A DNA stretch of 60,000 bases from Amphiscolops sp. MND2022 (taxonomy: Eukaryota), in assembly GCA_964187785.1 (NCBI GenBank), contig OZ076409.1, positions 98,334,001 through 98,394,000 of the forward strand. The letters run 5' to 3'. Position 1 is the first letter of the stretch. Each line of letters opens with the position of its first letter. The position numbers and the translations under genes are program-made. Below the pieces are notes generated by a model that worked only from the letters and a program-made list of their open reading frames with translations, was not told where the DNA came from and ran no database searches. Positions 12,301 through 24,300 of the stretch are shown here, in pieces.

Positions 12301-15300
12301 ACATTGACTTCGTCATGTGCAATAACACCCGTGTCTAAGCTCCCTTGATTAACCGCCACTCTCACTTATCCGCCATAATTCGCGCTGGACCGATGGTGGC
12401 GGATAATCGAGGGTTTACTGTAATGTCAAGATATTTTCCTCCAAGTTTTTTCCGTGTAGTCTCCAAAGCGTCCCATCATCATCAATCACAGAGTTCGCAT
12501 GTTCAAAACATGCCGTGTTTTAAACGCGTTTTAAAGTTTTAAACATGACAAATACCTTCATTTTGTTCAATTGTTTTTATTTCAGTTATAGATATTTTCA
12601 AGTTCCTAAAATCGCAAGTTATCTTGGGTAGTTTGGCGTAAGACATCAAAAAAATTGCCGATGCGCTTCTGATTTTATTCGAAGTTCGGCAGGCTTGGAA
12701 CGAATTTTCAGCAACCTGGGCTTTGTCCACAATCAAAGACGGAATCGACTCTAAATTGAGAAAGCCAACGAACTTGCTTTCTGTCTTCGCATACTTCAGT
12801 AAACTCAGTTTTAGGTCGTTTAGTGTTAGACATATTTATGTGATAGATCAAGAAATTAATGTTTTAAACACATTTTTTTCAGAATTTTGTTTTTTTTCCG
12901 AACCCTGATCAATCATCATGAATAACAAACACCCTGGAAATGTCACCTTTTGCGCGTATGGTGCTGCAGCAGTCGAACCACATCCGCCTTCTGGGTGGGC
13001 GAACACCGGCAGATGACGACAGCCGGACACTGGACTGCCAGGTCCATGAACTCGTGTTCGTAGTGCTTCAGGATGAGGGAGAGACTCTCGCCCAACACGA
13101 CCAGCGCACAGTCGCTCTTGCGGCGGAAGTTGTTCAGTTCCTGGTGCGCCTGCATCCGGTCAGCCACGTGACCAATCACGTGCAGGTTCTGTCTGGGAGA
13201 CACCAGTCTGGAGCTCTTGGCGATGCAACACGCAGTCTCCAGTTTGTCGCCAGTCAACATCCAGATCTACAACAACAAGACATACTTTATAGTTTTTTAT
13301 TATAAAATACACTTGTTTTGAATACAAACATGTATTTTTTCAAGAACAAACTCATGCAACAAAACTTATTTTCTCAAAATCTTTGCGCAAATTCAAAATT
13401 CTTTCTAAACCCGCACTTGACGGACAGAGAATAAGTAGGTCTTCGGCACATGGGACAAGTGCTTTGTCAAACTTTCCGAACAATGACTTTCAAGAAATAT
13501 ACAAATATGTGTTTTTATTTAAAAACAACTGTTTATAATAGTGTTTTAAACACCTCATGCTTTTTTTCAAACAGCCCTGATGTTAAAAAATCCGAAAAGG
13601 TCCCTTTTTAGCGCGTCAGTTGGGTCCAACTTTTGGGTTTTTCGGGTACTGTAGAAGAGAATACTTGACACTTTGAAGTCTTTTCGCTACTTTTGAGCCT
13701 TAGATATGGCGCCGACTTGGGCCGTTCCCTCTGCTTTTTCTGCAACCTTCGAAACCTGTTTTTAAGGAATAGTGTAAGTGTGGTGGTATCTGTTTGGTCG
13801 AAGGTAGTAAGTGAAGGAACATTGTCGGAAATCGAGAAATTGTCAAAACTAATGAATTGCAAGGGTTGGGCGTCAATTCGCCCCAAGCGACAATTCGTCC
13901 CATTTTGAAAAGGCGACAATTCGTCCCATTTTGAAAAGGCGACAATTCGTCCCATTTTGAAAAGGCGACAATTCGTCCCATTTTGAAAAGGCGACAATTC
14001 GTCCCATTTTGAAAAGGCGACAATTCGTCCCATTTTGAAAAGGCGACAATTCGTCCCATTTTGAAAAGGCGACAATTCGTCCCATTTGTAAAAAGCGTCC
14101 CATTGATCAACTAATAAACAACCTTTTGAAGATTGAAACCAAAGAATAGAACGAAAAGTTCTGAAAGTAGAAATGAATGAGTATTGCCTTTCAACGTACT
14201 AGTCTTGAAATGCCGAAGAATGCGAAAGAAGATTATCCACTTTCAAAATTGAGGCCCTATAATTTGGTGTTAATTTTTGGTTCCTGAATCTAAATGTTAT
14301 CTTTCCAGATTCATTATTACAAAGGAAATAACTGGCGATTTAATTGGGGACGAATCGCAGCTTTTAATAATCCGGACGAATTGTCGCCTTTTCAAAATGG
14401 GACGAATTGTCGCTTTACGCAAAATAGCGACAATAGAATTCCCAAAATTAATTTTGCTAAAATTATACACGGGGTTTCAAAATTAGTTACGAAAAATTCC
14501 AACATTTACCTTGGCAAAACCCACGCAGTATCAAAAATTCCAGTCTTTTTCTTGAAAAAATTGAATGAAGTTATCATTTAATTTCAAAACTTCATTGAAA
14601 TTACTTTAAAATTCTTGAATTCAAACAGAAAAAGGAAAACTTTTTCAGCCAAATAGCGACTTTGAAATTAGCGGTTTAGCGGAAAAAAAGCGATGTCAAA
14701 ACTGCTTTATAGTATATGAAACTATAAATATATAGTACTGGCAGGATTTGAACTCGCGCCTTCGAAGCTACAGCCGTATTTTAAAGTTTGCTAGATTTCG
14801 CCTTAAACAGTCCGAAGTACGTTTAAACAATGGCTCCAGGTTGTACTTGAAATTGATCTTATTTTTGAAAACCCATCAGAAAAAACCAAAATAAGTTTAA
14901 AACTTCACCTAATTTACAAAAAACTGTCTAATATATATTTCAGGAGGGGCCAACTTCTACTCGCAGTGAAAAAGTAGTCAATTCGAACACAAACACTGAC
15001 TCGGACTAGAAAGTATACCCTGATCTGGATTCATGAGGTTTCCTTGCAATTCCATACATGGAATCATATGATCAACACGATTCCATGCAATTCCTTATAT
15101 GGAACCCACGACATGCATGCTTTCCATGGATGGAACCAAACGGTTCCAAGCATGGAAACGTATGAAAACATATTGTGATTCGTAGGGAATCATATGAACC
15201 CAATATAATCTTCAGATAATAGTTATAAAAACGCCCACTGTCAAGAATTACGATTTCCCTTAACTTTTCCTTTTCTCAATACGCTTCCATACGATTCCAT

Positions 15301-18300
15301 GCATGGAAACGGCATGGAATTATCCAATAGAACTCCACAAGGAATGGCATGTTGCGTTAGATCCGGGAAGTGAGGAGAGTCAGATGAAGGTCAGATGTTC
15401 CAAAACATCATCAAAGTAAGTGTACCTTGATGCCGGCATTGCGAATGGACTCCAGGGTCGGTCTCACGTCCATCTGCAGCTTGTCTTCCACGCCAGTGAG
15501 TCCCAGCACCTCCAAGTCGTGTTCCAGGGTCTCGATCACCAGACGCACCTTCGAGTTGCGGTCCTGCAGACAAACAAGACAGAATCAGACACACATTGTA
15601 CAACCTTAAGTACTTCAACTCATGACACCACTTCTCACAAGTATCGGCGGAGCCATCGCAGTATGAATTGGTTCAACACGCCATAAAAGTGATGCAAGTT
15701 GCAATTTTTGAAAACTTTCGACAATTTACTACCAAGTCTACCAACATTTTTGTTTCGAAGAAATTTAGTTTTTAGTGGGGGCTTGTATTAATAAATTCAC
15801 TCGAAGGACAGACGAAGCGACGAAATTTTTGTTCAGCTTGTTAACTAAAGGAATACCTGGGAAACGCATCTAAGATATCGCAAAGGTTCCCCCTTTCATT
15901 TTTACTTTTTTAACGTAACATACAAAACCGGATGAGACTAAAGGGTCCCCCCTTTCATTTTTTTTCGGCGCTGTGAGATTTTTTTTCGAAATTTTTCAAA
16001 GTGGCATTTCTTTTGAATATCAATAAATTCCGAGATATGGGCAGAGATATGAAGTGTTCCAAACATTATTATCAATTAGGGTTCCATTCTTTTATCACAG
16101 GACTGTATGTGTATGGAGTGTATTCCCAGTGTAAAATATCTTGAAACTCTTGCCAAGAATCTTGCAAATTCCTGAAGCCCTTGATAAGAATCTTGGCAAG
16201 ATTCTTACCAAGAGCGCCAAGAATATGTACGATCTTGCAAGAACTTCAAGAAAAATGCCTAAACTTTTTGTATTATTACAACGTTATCAATCTGATTCAA
16301 CAATTTGGCTCCAAAATACTATTGGAAAGTTTCCCCGATTTCATCTTTGATATATTTCCATATTTCCACAGGAAATTTTATTATAAACAAAATTCGTTCC
16401 ATACAAACGCTCCTGGTTGGTGTTTGATGAAATGCATAAATTATCACAGACTACATGCAGTTTTCACCTCCCGGATTTCTTGACAAGAATCTTGGCAAGA
16501 TTCTTGTCAAGAATTTCAAGATTTTTAACGGTCCAAGATAATTCAAGATCTTATCCAGGGTTTCAAGAGGTAACGGGAATATGCGGGAAAATCCAAGATC
16601 TTGGCAAGAGTTTCAAGACATTTTACACTGGGTTGAGTGTTTGTAATAAGTGTGTTAAGCAGTAACCTGCATGCTGAGTTTGGCGTGGTTGAGTTTGTTG
16701 GCGAAGTCGTCGTACTGCTCCCTGGAGAGGGTCTTCTTGGCCACCACCAGAGTCCTCAGGCCCTCTCTGGCCATGTTGCCACACTCCTCTTCCAGCCAGT
16801 CCGTGTACGCACACATGCTCGCCATCACCTGACACAACAAGACACAACCCAATACTATATTTTGTACTCCGACATCTCTTTCATACGGTTAGCAGACAAA
16901 AGCGCCCAAAATACCTGACCAGCACTATACTGCTTCATCTCCCTCTATTTCATACACCAGATATCCTAAAGAATTCTTTTGGAGCTTGCTGGAACTCAAT
17001 AGAGAAAACAAATTTGTTGCGCGCTTTGTAAAAAAGTTGATTAATTGGCTCTTGCTATGTTTCGCAAGTTCCCTCACATGTTGAAATATTTCATCAACGC
17101 CTGAAAGAGAATTTTCAAAGACAAATTCTCAATGTATATTCATCAGATCAATGTACTTTTCCAAGGCCATGGTTTCTATTTCAAAAGACCAAGTCAATAG
17201 TTAGTTGAAATTGCAGCTAAAACTTCAGTAATCATTCCAAAATTTTTGGAATCGTGATCAAAAACTTCCTTGGAAAACTTCATGACTAACGGTGTCGGCG
17301 CCCTTGACGTAGATGGTATCTCTTTTGGTTTTTCGGCACTATGAGATTTTTTCCGGAAAAACAATTTCGACATTTTTCTTTCATGAATTGATGTTTGTGG
17401 TACACTAACGGTGTCGGCGCCCTTGACGTAGAGGACGATTTCCTTGGTGGCCTCGTCCTGGATGATGATGCCCATGCGCTTGGTCTCGGAGGTGAAGGGG
17501 AATATCTGGAGCACCTTGAACTCCATCAGCTGGCCGCCGCTCTTCAGCTGGATGCTCTCCAGGTCTCTGTGCACCAGGGACAGACCCACACTCTCCGTCC
17601 ACTTCACCAACGCTATCTACAGCAAACACAACGAACGTCTTTGAGACATTTAAACAAAAATTCGACGAATCTAACATGACTTAGTTCTTTTCTGCCCAAC
17701 ACACACCACCTATTTTTTTGAAAAATTTTTGTAACGATATCAAAATAAAAAAGACGTAAAAATAAATTAGGAATCTTTACTTTTATATTAACTCTGCAGG
17801 AAATATATTACAGTGCAGGAGGGAAGGCTGCCGTGAATTATGACAATCCCTAGTGAGTGCATACCCTGACCGTCAATTTTTAAAATCATTTTTGTTCGGC
17901 GTTTTCGAAGAAAATCGCTACTCTTACAGTGGGTAGTTTTTTTTCGTCAGTTCAACGCGATCGGTCCACTTTTTGTGCATTATGCACTTTTGCCATATGT
18001 ACTTAGTACTCCATTTTCAACGCATCCAAAGCCTCTAACATGAGATAAAAAGCTATTCCAAAGCAGAAGGGTCCCCGTTTCCACTTTTTTCGACACTATT
18101 TGACCTTCCCCCTTTTTTCGGCACTGTGAGACTGTTCAATTTCTCATTTTTTTCCGAAATTTTTTCATTGCTCCCCCATCGATTTTTGACATTTTGCAAC
18201 AGAATGGATGTTCAAAAATCCCAAAGGGTCCCCCTTTTACATTTTTCGGTACTATGCGACTTACTGGAGACTTTAAATAAATTTCGAAAAAAAAATTCGG

Positions 18301-21300
18301 AAGAATTCCAGTTGTAGAAAAAGTGGTTTTCGAGTCTTATTGAGCCTTAGATATGGCGCCGACTTGGGCCGTTCCCGGCCTGTTAACATATATACTAGAA
18401 ACAACATTATCATGTATCATGTATCATCAACTACTCCAGTTAGAACAAGTCACGCATTTTTGTATTTCAGCGGGAGATAGTCATTAACTTCTGTTGTTTG
18501 TTTTGAAAATCACTTTTCTGCTAACTTCTCTGAATACAGTTGAATTTCAACTACCACTTCTTCGTCTCACTCAGCCTCAAAAATCAAGACTCAATAACCC
18601 CCCAGATACATCTTCTTTGTTTTTTAAAAATCCATGTTTTGTAATCTGTCCTCCATTTGTTGAGGTTTTCAGTATTTATCTATACGGGGACCGTTACTGA
18701 CACTGCAAAGAGGCTCTGCAGCTTGCAGCGAATCGACATTATCTCATCTTTCAATTATAAAATAACCCCTTTGAACATTGGGCCATCATTACCGTTGCAG
18801 ACCAACAGTTTCGCTTCGCACTGTCCCTTTTCCATGAACAGAAATAGTTCATATTTATTCTCAGAATGACAGTTTAGAATTCAGATACAAACGTTGTTCA
18901 CGCTATTTTTCCTTATGAAGTCACGCATTCTTGATAAACATTCAATAGCTTCCTGTTTTGAGTCACAAAAAAAAAACAATTTTCAACATTCAGTCAAAGT
19001 GAGTGAAAAATGTTTTGTTCAAACGAAAAATTATTCCAATAGAAGTTAACTTTCTGTTATGAGAAAGTTTCACTTCGAATTCAACCAGTTTGAAATTTTT
19101 CGTTAATTTCCATCAAAAAATGAGGTTGACTTTACCAGCACAAATGACTATCAACCAATCAGATTTGTTTTAGGTCTCTTTTATGATTGGTCATTCCCTC
19201 ACTTTGATTTGTTCACATTTTGTATTCATTCTTAACTGTGAAGTTGAAATTCCTTGTCTAACATTTTTTGAGCTTAATAAAACAAGAGATAATCCAATCA
19301 TCAATTCAAGCAACAACATCTCAAGCAGGGTGGCCACTTCAAAATTTCAAATTTGGGGGCAGATGCAAATCTATCTGAAATGTTACAAAATTAACGGAAA
19401 TCATGGTTAATAAATATCATTATGCCGTGGCATGTTGAAAGTACTTGAAAACAACAGGTTAGAGGAATGATATCTTATAAAAGCATAACATTAAGTTATT
19501 CAAATAACTTATGAAGCATATAAAATTCATCTCTTTTTTCAGTTTTTGAACATTTTAGCGATCACGTCACTCGACTGTGAATCCGCAAGAAAGTTGGCAG
19601 ATGCTGTCTCCGAGGATAATCGGCTCTTCTGTCTCGAATAGTACTTTGATATGAGGATAATCACTCAACGCTCCTTTACCATGCAAGACTTGCAGGGACG
19701 CTTTCGCATCAGAAACAACTCGCAACGCTGCAAAATCGTCGTGCACGGTTCCAGTGTCAACTCTAAGCAGACCCGCCATGCGTACAAGGTTTCGGATAGT
19801 CTTGGCCGTAAACTGCTCTAATGGAATGTGGAATATATAAAACAATCGCACGATATCGTTGGACAGGTAAGAGGAGAAACGTCTAAGTGCTGCATTGAGA
19901 ACACCTTCATTTGCACGATCCCAGTCCTGTTTTATTTTGTCCAGCTCAGATTGATTAGCTTCATTCAGCGCTTTGAGCACGGCAGGATTTGAACTGGAGT
20001 ATAACAACTCTGACTTCTGGATTTCGAAGACCTTAATTTGCAAGGCTTAATTGAAGGCAATCCAGGTAATTTGAGATACTCTTCAACTTGAGACAGCATC
20101 GATTGAGCTTTTGGTGTTGTCTGAAGCAACGACGAGAGCGAAGAAATAAACTCAATAACTTCAGATAAGCAGGGATTAGCAGTACACACATCTTTAGCAA
20201 TCAGATTAGCCAAGTGAACGCTGCAACCCGGAACTGAAACTAAATTCAAACAAACATCTCCAATCTTTTTGACAGCACCTGATCGCTCACCGCGCATAGT
20301 ATTGCAATTATCAGTCATAACGTAAGCAATCTGCTCGTAGTTAAGCTTAAACTCAGCAAGTACGGTACAGAAGGCATCAAAAACAGCACTGGAACCGACA
20401 AATTCGACATCTGATAGCTTCTTTACGGAGTCATTCAAAAACCCATCAATCGAAAATTTTGCTTCCAATTCAATTGTTCTGAGATAAGAATTCTTTCTCA
20501 ATTCCCCATCAAAGTGAACGATCCAGAATTCGAGGCGGCATTTCTTATGGTAGCTCGATTCATCCATATGAATACCCACACGGTCACAGGAAGTGATTTT
20601 ATCGGTGACTTGGTCTCTTACAAATGGGGCTATCGCTCTCGTTATGATGTATCCCGTTTTCGTTTTCCCACAATTCATCGCAGCAAAGGAGCTATCTGGG
20701 AACATCACCTTGTAAAGTGACCGATTGCGACTAAAGCATTCGCTGGATCTAAAGCTTGCGTCATCCACGATGATCTTCAAGCAATGATAAATAGTTGCAC
20801 GCAGCACGCCGGTCTCCTTACTGCAACTCGTATAAAGCGCCGCGGCAATGTTTGGAGTACGGCTCGAGGTTGATGGCATGTTCTTCTTGTGCATCGCCGA
20901 TTGTTCATGTTGTTTCAATGCAAATAATCCTCGTGCAATTTTGACCACTGTATTGCAATATTTGCAGCGCACTGAATGGTCAAGTCCCGGAATGCGCAGT
21001 CCCCAAGCAAACTTCTCGCTTAAGTTGTTCGTAAACTTGCAATCTCCACCCATCACTACCTGAAAACATTAAAAAATTAAGCGATACATTTATTTGGGGG
21101 TTAAAATTATGCTGGGGGCAATTTGGGGGCATTTGGGGGTGCCCCCAAATTTGGGGGCAAAGTGGCCACCCTGATCTCAAGTCATCGCCCGCTTGACCTT
21201 GTTTTTAGTCGCAGAACTTTAGTGATACAAAAAGTACCCGACTTTTAAAAAAGAAAACTTTCACTTTTTTTTGTCAGGTCACGGACATCACAGTTAATGG

Positions 21301-24300
21301 TCGGGTCCACTTTTTGAACAAACGGTTTGGTGATAAGAATGCACGCTTCCCAAGCAGGAGGTCATGGGTTCTAACCCTTGCCAGGACTAAAATTTTTTCA
21401 TGTTTGCATGTCTTGACGGTTCAAAACGTCCCGTCTTTGGGTTTTTCTACACTTTGTTACTTTTTCGGACAAAAAACACTTTCGAAACTTTTCCCTATTT
21501 ATTGAAAATGTTTTCAGCTAAAAATGCGTTTTTGGAGGCCACAAATACTTGTACAGTAGTGATATTAATAAAAGCAACAAAGCACGCTGAAAGAGAGCAA
21601 ATAAACAAATCTCATTGGCTAAATAACGTCAGACGCGCTCATTTCATTTTTTATATGGTTATATTTCAAAATCGTATCTTAGTACATGTATTTTCGAAAA
21701 AGCTTGATTTTACAACCTATTTTCTTCGAGATTTTAGAATGATTTCTCAATCAAAACATATCAGGGGCTTCAGTTAAATCAGGGGGGTCAATTGAACATA
21801 AAATGTTTCAAAAATTTTGAGTAAAAGTATATCAAAAGTGAGAAAAACCTCAATTTTGGCCTAAATTTGGCTAAAAATGGCCTATCGTAACTTCTACAAT
21901 TTTCATCGCATAATCTTCAAACAAACATATTTGTAAACTAGATAAAAATCTAAGAAACTTTCATTCTCATCATTTTCAAAAATCACTGCTGTTTTAGAAA
22001 TATTCGATTTTGAGATTTGCCTTTTGTTGCTTTTAATAATATCACTACTGTAGTTTGGTAAAAACATTTACTTATGACTGCGACCATTCTAGCAACAACT
22101 TTTACACAGAGGCGAAGCGGTGCTTCGCAACACATGACGAAGACAACGATTATTTCAATAGCATGCGTATATATTCAACAGTTCAACTTTATTCAATAAC
22201 GTCCTTATGGCACAGTGGTTAACACTTATGCCGCGCAATCGGGAGGCTGCAGGTTCGAATCTCTCTGGGGTTTTGGCTTTTCTCTAAAAGGGGCTTATTA
22301 TGAAGTTGGCTACTGTGGAAAAAAAAACTTTCTTAGCTGGACTGCAATGCACATTGACTTCGTCATGTGCAAAAAGGGAGGTCTAAAGTCATGTAATGCT
22401 CATGTCATATCTTAATCCATTGATTTTTAAAAAGATATTCCCGAAAACCTAGACGGTACCGTCTGCCCCTGGAAATCTACAAAATTACAATAGCCTTCAA
22501 AAACCTATAAATAAATGCATCACAAAAAATTATTTGGTTAATTTCATACCAGATATCCAGGAACAATTTAGTATAATATCCCAAAAAAAGACAGGAAAAG
22601 AGTTTGACAAGAACATGCTTTGGTAAAATGTGAGCGAAAAACAAGTCGGCCTCTCAATATGTCAAGCTAAACTGACTTTTCATGTTCACAATAACTTGAT
22701 TCCTGGAAATAAGTATAAACACTTTGGTTTTATAGCAAAGTTGTTAAGGGTTTTGTTCATCAATGACATAAAAAGAACATGAATAAAGTAAAAAACAACT
22801 TTTTCCTGTTTTTTCAGACACTTCTTTTCAGTTGTTTATGGTCTAGTAGTCTCTGACTGTTCAATTTGTTTGGTACTTTTTAACTTTTTCTGATCAGAAT
22901 ATCTCGTGTGAAAGATGATATCTGGAAAAACTTCAATGAAGTGAATGACTTCCATGCTTTATATTTCTTCCTTAACTTTTTGTACAATAAAATATTTGGC
23001 AATAAATGAAAAAAAACGTTGTGCATAACACATTGTTTTCCATAGAAGCTTTGCCAAGAAGAAAAAACGAAAAAAAAACAAAAAACAGCGTATTTTGTTA
23101 AAAACCCTGTTTAAAACATTTTTCGTGAAAAAAACTGTAACATAATTAACAACCTTGCTTCATAGACGTTTCTGGGTTATAGAACAACCTCTTCAACACA
23201 GATGGCTTTTGCATGCATGGCTACGGTTGCCATGCTCTGTTTTCAGCAACTCAGTTCAATGGAAAGCAGTTATTTCACTGCTTCGTTTGTATCTTCGCAG
23301 GCGTCGATGCATAAAAAGGCAACAGGGAAAACTGAACTGAGTGGTAATGGAAAAATGTGACATTTGTTACGTTGTGTTATATAAATACTGTAGTATTTGA
23401 AAGTAAACTGGAGAAATATGATGTGGTGTTGTCACTTTATAGTACATGTAGTAACACTGTGTTGGTTTGTACTGGTAACACCACTTACTACTGAAATGTT
23501 ACATGAGGACAAAACTTACAAAAGGAGTCCCCAGTTGATAATAAAATCTATCAATATTTTAGAAAACACAATAGCGATGAATTTGGGACAAATAGCAAAG
23601 GATAGGTGAATGAATGGTATAAAAAACATACATGATGCTCTGAAGAAGTGGTATGACGAGATTTTCGCAGATTTCATTGGAAAAAAATGAAATTCGCTTC
23701 GATTGATAGAAAACATTTTGACCAAATCTTTTCCAAACAATGTACTTTCAAACAAGACGCCCGCTAAGCAGCGGGATATTTTCCGCCCTGTTCGCCTTCA
23801 CCAACTGAGCCATAGCTATTTTGGGAGGGGGGAATAGGATCTAAAGAATAAGATCTAACAGTTTGTGATTTTAGATCTTATTCCCGTCCTGAAATTTTAG
23901 ATCTTATTCCCTTTTTTGACTTTAGATATTATTCCCGCTGTTTGCTATTTTAGTTACTTGACTATTTTAGTTACTAATAGCTATATAAAATAGTCAAGTA
24001 ATCAAAAGGTGGAGATTGTGGAGATTTGGCAAAATTTGGGAAAAAAACGCGTCACAGATCATGATTTTCCTCCCCCTTTAATAAAATGTGGGGTCAGAAG
24101 ATAACAAAAACGCATCAAGCATGTGTAGTACATATAAGGGCAAGTACGAAATGAGGTTCTTTATGCGTAGAACAAATCACTTTCCAAAGAGATGCTTCGA
24201 AACTCAATCGTGGATTTCAACTCCAGTACATTTCGCGACTCTTACATATAACATTTCTTATACCACCTTGGTACGATTTTGAAAGATTCAATTTTTTTCA

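Noticed and set aside
13887..14094. 26-bp (and 19-bp at 41201-41505) repeat arrays as a CRISPR array
   Set aside because: Units are head-to-tail with no unique spacers, there are no cas genes, and the context is a eukaryotic intron.
13608..14110. Repetitive ORFs ([26 protein letters not shown] and the similar set at 41124-41654)
   Set aside because: Translations of stop-free minisatellites open in several frames; no coding evidence.
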